Shown: positions 1 to 11,944 of the stretch, piece by piece
How positions within the stretch are numbered: the first letter of the stretch is position 1
Layout of the letters: every line of letters begins with the position of its first letter
NCBI RefSeq assembly: GCF_963921235.1
Contig: NC_086098.1
Span: forward strand, 8,928,001-8,992,000
From: Mobula hypostoma
Taxonomy: Eukaryota
DNA: 64,000 nucleotides
Reading direction: 5' to 3'
The notes under the pieces: generated by a model
What the model saw: only the letters and a program-made list of their open reading frames with translations
What the model was told of the DNA's origin: nothing
Database searches by the model: none
Translations under genes and position numbers: made by a program

Positions 1-82
1 GCTTGCCACCAGCAACCATGTTCATGGAAAAACCATAAATCGTACTTGGCAATTTTTCTACAGAAGTAGTCATAGATCATTC

Positions 83-1212
83 TCAAACAAGAGAAAATCT
101 GCAGATGCTGTAAGGCCAAGCAACACACACAAAATGTACAGGCTGTGAGAACATGAGCAGCAAACCCATTTATTAGGCTCTTACTTAAACTGTAGGACAT
201 AGGAGCAGAATTAGGCCATTTGGCCCATCAAGTCTGCGCAAACTTTCCATCATGGCTAGTTTATTATTCCTCTTAACTCCATTCACCTGCTTTTTCCCCA
301 TAACTTGCCACAAAGCAGACAAAACTGGGCATTAAACTGTTAAAAGAGGAACTCAGTGTGTCAGGCAGCATCTATTCCTGGGATGGCAGGACTTTCATAT
401 GATGAAAGACTGGATCGACTAGGCTTATAGTCTCTGGAATTTAGAAGGTCGAAGGGGGATCTTATTGAAACTTATAAAATCCTAAAGGGATTGGCCAGGG
501 TAGATGTAGGAAGATTGTTCCCGATGTTGGGGAAGTCCAGAACGAGGGGTCACAGTTTGAGGATAAAGGGGAAGCCTTTTAGGACCGAGATTAGGAAAAA
601 CTTCTTCACACAGAGAGTGGTGAATCTGTGGAATTCTCTGTCACAGGAAACAGTTGAGGCCAGTTCATTGGCTATATTTAAGAGGGAGTTAGATATGGTC
701 CTTGTGGCTAAAGGGATCAGGGGGTATGGAGAGAAGGCAGGTACAGGGTTCTGAGTTGGATGATCAGCTATGATCATACTGAATGGCGGTGCAGGCTCGA
801 AGGGCCGAATGGCCTACTCCTGCACCTATTTTCTATGTTTCTATGTTTCTATGGAAAGGAATACAATCGGCATTTCGAGCCGAGACCCTTCACCAGGACG
901 CGGAGGGCAGCAGAGATCACAGAGGGGGAGCAGCGAGAGAGGGTTTCAATGAACTCCCTCGAAGAGAAAATTTAACTTCTTCAGGGTAGGCATCCCTGGA
1001 CGAGACTTCACAGTGTAGTAATCCAATCACAACAGGAGAAAATCTGCAGATGCTGGAAATCCAAGCAACACACTCAAAATGCTAGGGGAACACAGCATCT
1101 ATGGAAAAAAGTGGTCAATGTTTGGGGCCAACACTCTTCAGCAGGACTCATGAAAGGTCAAAACATTGACTGTTCACTCTTTTCCATAGATGCTGCCCGG
1201 CCTCCTGCGTTC
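83..1212 (-). mobile_element. Cluster of Penelope-derived terminal repeats (pLTR-like, hammerhead-bearing), interrupted by a CR1 and a 240-bp duplicated segment
   Basis: Same sequence as the 3' end of the PLE at 20034-21370 (aatctgcagatgctggaaat...caggcagcatctatggaaa...gagacccttca). Minus copies at 83-899 (split) and 1030-1148, plus an inverted plus-strand half at 1148-1212. Confidence 0.75.
374..853 (+). mobile_element. CR1 LINE 3' fragment (young, 5'-truncated)
   Basis: ORF 491-754 has the CR1 C-terminus (SRTRGHSL..KNFFTQRVVNLWNSL). It ends in a (tttctatg)n tail and is nearly identical to the copy at 27690-28625. Confidence 0.9.
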
Positions 1213-1689
1213 CTCCAGCATTCTGTATCTGCTGTTTGGTCATGGACCATGGTTGCCCATGTCTTACAACACGGCACGTAATGAGGACGACAGATATTAA
1301 TGACTTGTGAACAGGTTTTCTAAAATGCTTCATTTATTTCAATCTGTCTCTGTTACACATTTATTCATAGAAAATCAATAAATATTCATAAATAAGCAAC
1401 AGGACTCATCCTTTATCCTTACGAAAGTCCATAATTACTGTTACTAATGTACTAATCAATAATAATCTCGGCCCAAAATTACCATGGCAAGTAAGAGAAT
1501 TCATTGAAAGGTTTTTGCCACATTGGTCACATGCTCTCAGAAAGGTTCACCACCCCTGCCGTAACGAGATTTGAGAGAGCAGCAGATGCTGGAGTCTGGA
1601 GCAGCATTCTGCTGGAGGAAATCAGTGGGTCGAGCAGCGTCTGGGGAGGGAACGAATTGTCGAAGTTCACGTTGGAATCTACGCAAAAT

Positions 1690-2045
1690 GCTGATAAGAT
1701 GAGAGTTATTGATTGGGGGAGGTGCAAGCAGGCTTTTTCCACTGAGGTAGGGTTTGACTCAAACCAGAGGACATGGGTTGAGTGAAAGGTGAAATGTTGA
1801 AGGGGAACCTGAGGGGGGATATCTTCACTCAGAGGGTGGTGAGAGTGTGGGATGAGCTGCCAGCGCAGGTGGTGGATGCAGGTTTGATTTCAGCATTGAA
1901 GAGAAGTTTGGATAGCTACATGGATGGGAGGGCTATGGAGAGCTATTGTCTGGGTGCAGGTTGATGTGAGTAGGCAGATCAATAGTTGTATATGGACTAG
2001 ATGGGCCGAAGGGTCTGTTCCTGCGCTGTAGTTTCTATGACTCTA
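1690..2045 (+). mobile_element. CR1 LINE 3' fragment
   Basis: FTQRVVRVWDELP motif, and a CR1 3'UTR ending ctatgactcta. Confidence 0.8.
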
Positions 2046-2049
2046 ATAC

Positions 2050-2770
2050 CTTTTCTTCCAAGCACGTCATGGGTCTTCTTTACCATCCTATCCATTTACA
2101 TTGCAGTTTTCAGAAAACTGTGGACTTGCACACCATGATTCCTCTGTACGTTAATAATCATAAGGCTCCTGCTGTTACCTGTGTACTTTTCTCTTTCATT
2201 TGATCTCCCAAAAATGCATCACCCACACTTGTCCAGATTAAATGCCACCTGCCATTGCTCAGTCCAAGCTTCCTTATATTCTTCTGTATCCTTTTACAGA
2301 CTTCCTCACGGTCCATCAATGTTTGTGTCAAATCTAAACCACTCAATCAGACTACCTACATTTTCATCCAAATTATTAATATAGTATATTGCAAACAGAG
2401 GTCCCAGCTCTGATCCTTATGGAACAGACTGGTCATATACCTCCAATCAGAATAACACTCCTCAACCACTGGATACACAAGAGTTGGCAGAGGCTGGAAT
2501 ATGAAACAACAAATAATCTGCTGGAGGAACGCAGAGGAACGAGCACGACTGACACAGGGTTTCAGCCCAAAATGTTGACCATTCCTTTCACCCTACAGAC
2601 GCTGCTTGACTCTCTGAGTTCCCCCAGCAGATTGTCTGTCACCTCTCTGTATCTACTCTCCCTTTACTATGACCAAGCCAATTTTTGATCCAATTGACCA
2701 TCTCATCATGGATCCCATGTGACTTAATCTGCTGGACCAGCCCACCACAAAGGACCTTGTCAAGAGCTTT
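2050..2770 (-). mobile_element. Degraded CR1 RT fragment, with a pLTR-like insert at about 2485-2640
   Basis: Antisense to CR1 RT coding sequence (ggaccttgtcaagagcttt = KAxDKVL), heavily decayed. Confidence 0.55.
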
Positions 2771-2989
2771 ATCAGTGGCTTCAGCTACTGCTCCACCCTG
2801 AGATAATGGTGATGTTGTTTATTTAATAGTTCCATATTATTGTAATTTATTTTAAAATTGTAAATTATTGTAAATGTATTGTAAATTTGATTAAGCAGTC
2901 TTCGTAACAGCAAACAGGAACTAAGACTTGCATTCCCGTCCCACTTGTTTTTCTTCCAGCTAGTTTAACGTTTTGGTGGAGATCAAATA

Positions 2990-3365
2990 AAGGTCTATAA
3001 GATTATGAGAGAAATAGATAGAATGAGCAGGGAGTATCTCTTTTCCCCAGGTTAGAAATGTCCAGTACCGGGGGGCATGCATTGAAGGTGAGAGGACGAC
3101 AGGTTCAAGGGGCACGTGAGGGGGTAAGTCTTTTACTCAGAGAGTGATGGATGTCTGGAATGGTGGTCAAGGCAAACACATTGGAGGCTTGTAAGAGATG
3201 TTTAGAGAGGCTCATGAAGATAAGGAAGATGGGGGGATATGGACATGGTGTAGGTAGGAGGGATTAGTGTTTGTTTTTTTTTTAATTTACTTTTTAGCTG
3301 GTCTGGCACAACACTGAGGGCCAAAGGGCCTGTTCCTGTACTGTTCTACGTTCTATGCTCTATCT
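2990..3365 (+). mobile_element. CR1 LINE 3' fragment
   Basis: tttactcagagagtg motif, and an aagggcctgttcctgtactgttctacgttctatg tail. Confidence 0.75.
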
Positions 3366-3619
3366 ATTTCTTTCATTAACAAACATGCACAGCCAAGGAT
3401 GTACTTCTCGTGGCAGTTGGTAAAATTCCATCTTGCCCGGAGCATCCTGATGAAATTCTCCACTGCCATCGCAGAGAGCATCCTCACATCAGCCATGACT
3501 GTCCGGTTTGGTGTAGCATTCTCTCACAGTATACAAAAACCACATGATGTTTCAGGCGAAGACCCTCCATCAGCACAGGAAAGGAAGAAGGAAGAAGCCC
3601 AGATTTTTATATTAAAAAT

Positions 3620-4120
3620 ATAGAATCATAGACTTATAGAAAGTACAGTGCAGAAACCGGCCCTTCAGTCCATCTAACCCATGCTGAAACCATTTAAACT
3701 GCCCACTCCCATTGAACTGCACTGGGACCATAGCCCTCCATACCTGACCATCCACGGGCCTATCCAAACTTCTCATCAACGTTGAAATTGAGCTTGCATG
3801 AGCCACTTGTGCTGGCAGCTCGCTCCACACTCTCACAGCCCTGGGTGAAGAAGTTTCCCCTCATGTTTCCCTTAAACTTTTCACCTTTCACACTTAACCC
3901 ATGACCTCTAGTTGTAGTCCTACCAACCTCAGTGGAAAAAGTCTGCTTGCATTTACCATATCCATACCCCTCTATACCCTCATAATTTTGTATACCTCTA
4001 TCAAATCTCCTCTCAATCCTCTACATTCCAAGGAACACTGTCCTAACCGATTCAATCTTTCCTTATAACTCAGGTCCTCCAGTCCCGCAATATCCTTCTG
4101 AAATTTCTTTGTACTCTTAG
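3620..4120 (-). mobile_element. CR1 LINE 3' fragment
   Basis: Minus ORF RVWSELPAQV; resembles 11945-12480. Confidence 0.8.
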
Positions 4121-5310
4121 CAAAATATTATTTTTATATAATTTTTTATTCTGTATACAGTAATTGTTGGATATTTTAGTTTTTATTGCATGTCGTGCCC
4201 TTACCATCACACCATAGCAAATTCCTAACAGATGTAAACATGTGTAATGAATGAAGTTCATCCTTGATTCGTGATCCTGAGAAAAGCTGCAGTAGAGCAC
4301 GTTTCCTACAAAACATAATTGTCAGGAAGACGTAATCTCCCCCTGATCTCCCACATCTCCTTCGAAGAGCTTACCACTCCGCTGACTGGCATTTACGTCC
4401 CTTAAGGTATTGGTATTGGTTTATTAATGTCATGTGTACCAAGATACAGTCAAAAGCTTGACTTGCATACTGTTTATTACACAGAGCATTGAGCTAGAAT
4501 GAGGTAGAACAATAATAATGCAAAATAAAGTGTAAAAGCTACAGAAAAACTGTAGTGCAGGTGAACGATAAAGTGTCAGATAGATTGTGAGGCCGAGAGT
4601 CCATCTTATTGTATTCAAGAAATTCAAGAAATCAGCCTGATGAAATGGTGGAGCAGGTCTAATGGGCTGAATGGCTCATATGGTCTTCTGCTGTGCTATT
4701 GATGCATATACCTCACTGCACCAGCTGCTGTGCGTAAGGGTACCATAGGGGTTAAATACAGTGCGTACACAGTTACCAAAGCAGTTGATCTTTTACCCAT
4801 TATCCACACCTGATGAGTGCAGTAAATGACTCTGGAGTACAGGCTGTGAGAACATAAGCAGCAAACCCATTTATTAGGCTCTTACTTAGACTGTAAAACA
4901 CAGGAGCAGAATTAGGCCATTCGGCCCATCAAGTCTGCGCCAACATTCCATCATGGCTAGCTTATTATCCCTCACAACCCCATTCTCCTGCCTTCTCCCC
5001 GCAACTTGCCCCGAAACAGGCAAAACTGGGCATCAAACTGTTAAAAGAAGAACTCAGCAGGCCAGGCAGCATCTATGGAAAAGTGTACAGTCGACATTTC
5101 GGGCCAAGCCCCTTCATCAAGATTGAGTGAACAGGCCAGCTTTGAGAATGTGTTTAAGGCAAAGACAAAACAAGAAATAAAAGATTAATGGAAAGCACTG
5201 AAGGAGAGAAGGACAAGGAGACAATGCCATAAGAGCTGGTAAACTGAAGGGAGAGGTAAAATGACTTGTATTTATCTCTCTTCGGCTGTCCTTCAATTTT
5301 TGATGATGAC

Positions 5311-5558
5311 TGAGGCCTGGGCGAGGTTGTATGGAAGACCGGTAGTTGCCCATGCTGCAAATCTTTCCTTTCCACCACACCGATGTTGTCCAAGGGAAGG
5401 ACATTAGGACCCATACAGCTTGGCACCAGTGTCATCGCAGAGCAATGTGTGGTTAAGTGCCTTGCTCAAGGACACAACACGCTGCCTCAGCTGAGGCTCG
5501 AACTCACGACCTTCAGATCACTAGACCGACGCCTTAACCACTTGGCCACGCGCCAACA
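5311..5558 (-). mobile_element. tRNA-derived SINE (3'-truncated copy)
   Basis: Minus strand has A box TGGCCAAGTGG and B box GTTCGAGCC, then a gtgtccttgagcaaggcactt core. Same family as 44861-45163. Confidence 0.8.
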
Positions 5559-5641
5559 CTACTTGTATTTATACAAAGTATTCAAGAACTTGGGGTATTA
5601 CACAGTGCTTCTTTTTCAGAGAATGAACTTCTTTTGAAGTG

Positions 5642-6240
5642 TACGAGGGGTGATTGATAAGTTCGTGGCCTAAGGTAGAAGGAGTCAATTTTAGAAAACC
5701 TAGCACATTTATTTTTCCAGCATTTACACACTTAGTCCAGTGGTCGTGGATCCCTTCTTTGTAGAATTCGGCATCTTGGACCTCCAGAAAGTGGTCCACA
5801 GCAGGGGTGATTGATAAGTTTGTGACGTAAGGTAGAAGGAGGTGAGTTATTAACTTCAAACTTTCTGCATTTTCACTGAAAGAGTTGAACTGCACGTGCA
5901 TTTAACGAGAGCTGTATAACTCATCTCCTTCTACCTTAGGCCACGAACCTATCAATCATCCCTGCTGTGGACCACCTGGAGGTCCAAGATGCTCTCATTA
6001 CATGCACGTGCAGTTCAACTCTTTGAGTGATAATGCAGAAAGTTTGAAGTTAATAACTCATCTCCTTCTACCTTGGGCCACAAACTTATCAATCACCCCT
6101 GCTGTGGACCACTTCTACAAAGAAGGGATCCGTATGCTCCACAACCGCTGGACTAAGTGTGTAAATGTAGGAGGGGACTATGTTGAAAGATAAATGTGCT
6201 AGGTTTTCTAAAATTGACTCCTTCTACCTTAGGCTATGAA
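5642..6240. mobile_element. Palindromic mariner-derived MITE
   Basis: TA + CGAGGGGTGATTGATAAGTT terminus. The arms encode a mariner transposase C-terminus (FYKEGIRMLHNRWTKCVNVGGDYVE* on plus, a decayed copy on minus). Five TIR copies. Confidence 0.85.
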
Positions 6241-6481
6241 TTCCTGGAAACAAGTTCACTAATTTATATGCTTTAGGGCCACTTAAACAGTAATCAGTTT
6301 TAATTTGTTAATGTTGGGGTGTATGGGGTGTCCAGGGAGGGGTAGCACCTCTGGTGAAGGGGCTTGTCATGTCCATTCTGGGGCAGCTCACTCACCTTTG
6401 GTTCCCACCAGACACTCACCTCTCACCTGTGGCTCCAGGCAACAGCGGCCACGAAGCAGTACACCGCTTCGACAGGTGGGC

Positions 6482-6760
6482 TGTGGTAGTGTAGCAGTTA
6501 GCACAACGCAGTTACAGCTCAGGGTGTCGGAGTTGAGGGTTCAATCCCAGTGTCCTCTGTAAGGAGTTTGCAAGTTTTTGCCGTAGAATTTGTAGGTTTT
6601 CTCCCCGTCCAAAGTAATGTAAGGTAAGTTGTAAATTGTAAATTGTCCTGTGATTGGGCTCGGGTTAAATCAGAGTTATCGGGGGTTGTGGGGTGGTGCA
6701 GCTGAACGAGCTGGGAGGGCTAGTTCCACACTGATCTCTAAATAAAACAATAAAATAAAC
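6482..6760 (+). mobile_element. tRNA-head V-SINE/HE1-like SINE
   Basis: tggtagtgtagcagttagc A-box-like, ggttcaatccc B box, tgtaaggagtttg core, atctctaaataaa tail. Confidence 0.7.
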
Positions 6761-6777
6761 CAGCTCTGTGTAGCCAG

Positions 6778-7003
6778 CAGCCTCATACCCCAGTGAGATA
6801 GGGACATGCCTGTCGTAGCCTGCAAAGTCAGTTCTGAGTAGTTCTCAGCCTCATACCCCTGGGAGAAAGGGACATGCTGGTCGTAGTCAGCAAAGTCAGT
6901 TCTGAGTAGTTCTCAGCCTCATACCCCTGGGAGAAAGGGACATGCTGGTCGTAGTCAGCAAAGTCTGTTCTAGGTAGCTCGGGGCCTCATACCCCACGGG
7001 GAA
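6778..7003 (+). repeat. 68-bp tandem repeat, about 3.3 copies
   Basis: Unit cctcatacccctgggagaaagggacatgctggtcgtagtcagcaaagtcagttctgagtagttctcag starting at 6781, 6849 and 6917. Confidence 0.9.
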
Positions 7004-7479
7004 AGCTCCTGTCGACTGGTTGGTTGAGATCTACAGGGAGATCCACTGCTACCAAGGAAACCCCAGCTTGTGACACTTATTCGTACCAATGTACCCGGAT
7101 ATCTGAGGTCGGGGGAGTGGAACCGCCCCAGTACAACGGCTTTTCCACTTTAAAAACTCCCTCACACACAGATTCCCTGCCATTGTCAGACACGATGGAC
7201 AACCAATACTTGTCAGTGTTAACATCCCCCATGGCAGCCTTGAACGGGCCGGAGGCAATTGATCAATACATGCTCAGGTTTGCAATCGTTCTTATGGCAA
7301 CTGACAGTAACTCATTGCCTGGAGGCTGTCAGAAAGATGTTTCAGCTTCTCAGCTGAAGCACTGTACACACCTGCACTGACAGTCAAATAAAAATGAGTT
7401 GTGGCTTTAGCTGGAAACATAATCCTCAGGGTTAGAACTCTCACAGCAGTCGGAAAAGCAAAATTTATTATTTTCCTCC

Positions 7480-7850
7480 TCTTTCTCCAAGTGGTCAGGA
7501 TTTCCCATTTAAAACCTTCTCTTCTCCTCACCTACCTATCACTTCCCTCTGGTGATCCTCCTGGTTTCTCTCGCGATCCACTCTCCTCTCCTATCAGATT
7601 CCTTCTTCTTCACCCCTTTATCTATTCCTCCTATCACATCCCAGCTTCTTACTTCGTTCCACCTGCCTCACCCACCAGCTTGCACGCTTCCTCTCAACCC
7701 AACTTCTTACTCTGGCTTCGTCCCCCTTCCTTTCCAGTCCTGATGAAGGGTCTCGGCCTGTAATGTTAACTGTTCGCTCCTCACCATAGATGCTGCCTGA
7801 CCTGCTGAGTTCCTCCAGTACTTTGTCTATGTATGTGTGTTATTCTGGAT
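7480..7850 (+). mobile_element. Penelope-like 3' end with degenerate hammerhead
   Basis: Pyrimidine-rich UTR, then cagtcctgatgaagggtctcggcctgtaatgttaactg. Confidence 0.7.
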
Positions 7851-8059
7851 TCAGTGATATTCCCAAAGTGGGCTTCTAATGGAAAAGATATGTTTCCAAT
7901 TACAAATAACTGAGACAAATTTGTAACCCCTTGTGAACTAATGCAAACAATTATTAATCAAACATTGTGGTCAAAAAACTTTTGCACCAGTTCTTGCTCT
8001 CAGCAGCCAGATTCTGCAAAAGCTGCTTGAATCTGTCATCTATATTCACAGTGCTGTTG

Positions 8060-8640
8060 TTTTGTTCCTGTTTGTTGTTTAATGTTGCTGTGTAAAGAAG
8101 AACAAAACAACGGCTACACCAAATCTGATGCAGCACAACAAAGTACATAAGATAAAGAACACAATAATAAAAAAACACAGTAAATATAATTATCAATACA
8201 TAAGATAGCTTATATATACATAGATTGACTATATGTCCATACAGTGATACCAGGCACAGAAGTGTTTGACAGGAAATAATAAAGGTATTGTGGTTGGGGT
8301 GTATGGAGGGGTGGGTTAGTAGGTGGAGGTGTTGTTCAGTCTTACTGCTTTGGAAAGGTAACTGTTTTTCAGTCTGGTGGTCCTGGCGTCAATGCTAGGC
8401 AGCCTCCTCCCTGATGGGAGGGGGACAAACAGTTCACGAGCAGGGTCGGATCCTTCACGATGTTGTTGGCTTTTTTCCGGCACCTTTCTGTACATAGGTC
8501 GTTGATGGTGGGTAGGCTGGTGCCGGTGATGAGTTGGGCAGTTCTGATTACCCATTGTAAAGCCTTCCTGTCCGTTGCAGTGCAGTTTCCGTACCATGCC
8601 CATGCAGTGATGCACATGTTAGGACGCTTTCTGCAGCCCA
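8060..8640 (-). mobile_element. L2/Rex-Babar-like LINE 3' fragment
   Basis: Minus ORFs with CITAW..WYGNCTATDRKALQ and LPSGRRL..RTTRLKNSY..AVRLNN. Confidence 0.8.
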
Positions 8641-8957
8641 TTAAACTTTGACAAACTTCTCTAGGTACGTAGTGGAGAGTAGATTGCCTGGCTACATCAT
8701 GGCCTGCTATAGAAACACCAATGCCTTTGAACAAAAAATTTTACCAAAGGTAAGCGATTCAACCCAGTACATCACAGGTAAAGCCCTTCCAACTGTTAAG
8801 CACATCTACGTGAAATGTTGCCATAGAAAAACAGCAGCTGTCATCAAAGATCCTCACCATCCAGATTATGCCCTTTTCTCTCTGCTGCCAATGGGTAGAA
8901 TGCACAAGAGCCTCAGGACTCATACCACCAGGTTCAAGAACAGTTACTACTCCTTAG

Positions 8958-9147
8958 TGCAAACACAAGGAACTCTGCAGATGCTGGAAATTCAAGCAAC
9001 ACGCATCAAAGTTGCTGGTGAACGCAGCAGGCCAGGCAGCATCTCTAGGAAGAGATCCTGACGAAGGGTCTCGGCCTGAAACGTCGACTGTACCTCTTCC
9101 TAGAGATGCTGCCTGGCCTGCTGCGTTCACCAGCAACTTTGATGTGT
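8958..9147. mobile_element. Inverted pair of PLE terminal repeats inserted with a 15-bp TSD
   Basis: Arms 8998-9054 and 9094-9150 (57 bp, one G-T pair). TSD gttactactccttag at 8943-8957 and 9148-9162. Confidence 0.85.
9055..9090 (+). ncRNA. Minimal type I hammerhead ribozyme motif
   Basis: atc CTGACGA a gggtc tc ggcct GAAA cg TC gactg. Intact catalytic core with predicted cleavage after C9085. Confidence 0.7.
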
Positions 9148-10109
9148 GTTACTACTCCTTAGCCATCAGGCTCTTGAACAAAAGGGGATAATTACGCTCA
9201 TCTATTGAGATGTTCCCACTGCCAATGATCTCAGTTTAAGGGCTCTTTATCTTAATATCTCATGTCTTTGTTATTTATTGCTATTTATTTATATTTGCAT
9301 TTGCACAATTTGTCTTCTGCTCTCTGGTAGATCTTTCATTGATCCTGTTATAGTTACTATTCTATAAATTTGCTGAGTATGCCCACAGGAAAATGAATCT
9401 GACATATATGTACTCTGATAATAAATTTATTCTGAAGGACACGAGTATAGATTTGCTGCATCAGTATTAGGTTTTACTGTGAATTATGGGTTTCAGTGAA
9501 TTGGGAATTCAGTGCAATAAATAACACAGACTCATTCAAGCTTCCAAAAATGTCCTCTTGGCTAAATCTCAATCCTGTTTCCATTGATGGGAACTTTACT
9601 GAGAACCACAAAATCCAAAAGGAAATTTGACTGTGAGGGAATGGGGAATTTCTGGGAACAGTGGGTCCCTAGGTCATTGAGTGTTTTATAGATCATAGTA
9701 ACCATATTTTACTTTTAAATTGTTAATAGTCTTGTAAATATCTGATGTTTAGACTTAGCGTATTTTGCGAGTGAATAATTTTTGGTAGCTTTGTATGAAG
9801 AAACAATTAATGAATCATACATTGTACAATGAGTTTGCATGGGATCAGTTTTAATTTGTGAGTTTGCCAAAGATTTCAGTTTAAGATTTCAGCCAGACTG
9901 TGGCAATAAAATATAAGGTCTGAAGTTTAAGAATGTGTGCGGCCAGCTTGGCAAGAGAAGTCGTGCCATGAGCACCTGACACATCCTCGGCCAGAAATTT
10001 GTATTCAAGTCGAATTCTTCTGCTCATCTTCCCAAGTGTTGTGGGAATTCATTGGGTCAAAAAGCATCTGTGGAGGCAAGGGACAGTCGATATTTTACAT
10101 CGCTGTGTC

Positions 10110-10925
10110 AGGATGAATGCAGGAGATCCATTTCATTCTGAGGTCCAGGACTGTGGCATTCAAATCCTGGAGATACTGACCTGTAGAGGAAATTGAGATA
10201 AGGTCTCCATAAAACTCTCAGGGATATCAAGCGACAACATTCTAAGCTTGGGGACCAGAACAGCCATCAGTTGTGGGAGGGGTATCGTGTTACATTGAGA
10301 TTCAAAGCAAGTTAGGCAGTATCACCAACGACAGCACTTCCTACCCCGGTGAGTGTAACGTATTCTCTGCATGTTTTAAACAGAAGGGGATTGGAATGTC
10401 ACCACCCACCTCATCAGTTTCCAATGCATGTGAACCCACAGTCATCGTTGTAGATGTCACTTCAATCTTCTGGAGAGTGGAGCGATGGAGAGCACCTGCA
10501 CCAGTTGGCGATCCCAGGCCTATCCGCAGATCCTACATTGATCGGCTGGCAGGGGAACTGCTGACATTTTTAACGTCTCCCTGCCTCAATATGAGGTAGC
10601 CACCTGCTTTAAGAAGACCACTATCATCCATTGCTGATGAAAAATAAGACTACGTGGTTTAATGACTACAGCCCAATGGTTCTGGCATCCACCATCATGA
10701 AGTGCTTCGAGAGGCTGATTGGGGCCCACATCAAACCTCACTGCAATCCACCTGCCACCAAAACAGGTCTATGGTGAATACTATCTCCCTGGCCTTGCAC
10801 TGACTCTGGAGCATCTAGATAGTAAAGACACCTACAGCTCCATCTTTAAAACTGTAACTCCAAGCAAACTAATCTTAAATCCCCTCGACCAGGGACTCAA
10901 TATCTCCCTTTGCAGCTGGATCCTG
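10110..10925 (+). mobile_element. Degraded L2/Rex-Babar RT fragment
   Basis: Remnants of the NDY.P..LASTIMKCFERL, LEHLDSKDTY and SLCSWIL motifs. Confidence 0.7.
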
Positions 10926-10932
10926 GGCTAAC

Positions 10933-11175
10933 TCGTCGTGGCTATCCCTTGAGGTCGAGGATGATGGTCTTTGTTCTGTTGATCAAATGGCCCACAGAGC
11001 GAAGACGCCTGTGCGTGTATTTGTTTAACGTGTACGTGATGTTGCACTCCAAGAAGCACACGATTCTTCACTAATCAACCAACTGATTCCAATGGCATGG
11101 AAACCACGACGATTGGAGCCTTTGGATTTGTTGAAGCCTTCATCCGCCTTCACAGCCGTTGAGTTTGAAGTAACT
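10933..11175 (-). mobile_element. Short SINE-like/RTE-tailed insertion
   Basis: Flanked by tgggctaac at 10924-10932 and 11176-11184 (TSD-like). Has a short (acg)n-type tail on the minus strand. Confidence 0.45.
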
Positions 11176-11944
11176 TGGGCTAACAGTAACCTGGGCTAAC
11201 TATTGGGTGGGTCAAGGTGAGGGGAGAGAAGGGAGGGATGGGAAAGCGGAATGATCACCTGCCAGCTTGTGTTCCTCCCCTTCCCCCAAATTTCTTATTC
11301 TGGTTTCTGCCACCTTTCTTCGGCATAGGGGCCAAGTCATTGGTACTCTTACAGCTCAGGTTGATAGATTCTTCATTAGTAAGGGCGTTAAAGGACAGAG
11401 GGAGAAGGCAGGAGAATAGGGTTGAGCGGGATAATGTCAGCCAGGATGGAATGGCGGACCAAGATTGGTGGGCTGAACCCCTCTTACAGCAGAGGCTCCC
11501 AGCCTGGAGTCACCTTGCTTAATAGTGTTGGCCAATCGCGTTAAAGTGATTGGGAGCCACCGTCCAACAGTATGTCTCAGGATCTTATGATCTGTCTGGT
11601 CCTGATGAAGTATGTTGGTCCAAGACATTGACTGTTTACTTCTGTCCATAGATGCTGCCTGGCCTGCTGAACAGGTCTCGTTTGGCTGTACTCAAGGGTA
11701 TCCAGGTATAATCGAATGACAATTCAAAATGATCTTGAACTTGACTTCTTATGACATTTTGTGTGTTGTTTGAGTATTGTGTTGTTCAATCACTGCATAA
11801 GCAAAACACTACCTTTTATTCCACTTGTCCTGCGTAATCATTTCTCTCTAAATGATACCAACCACTACTATTCAACTTCACACTTCCCCTTTTCATCAGC
11901 TCAGTCAGGCTCTCTGGAATACCTCATGTTTTCGTGAGCACACT

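Larger units (their letters stand above)
8650..9435 (+). mobile_element. L2/Rex-Babar-like LINE 3' fragment, host of the hairpin insertion
   Basis: IKDPHHP..LFSLLP.GR..SLRTHTTRFKNSYY, resuming after 9162 as AIRLLN. Tail tgataataaattta. Confidence 0.8.

Noticed and set aside
6778..7003. CRISPR or retrozyme array
   Set aside because: The whole unit repeats without spacers, and no hammerhead core is visible in the unit.
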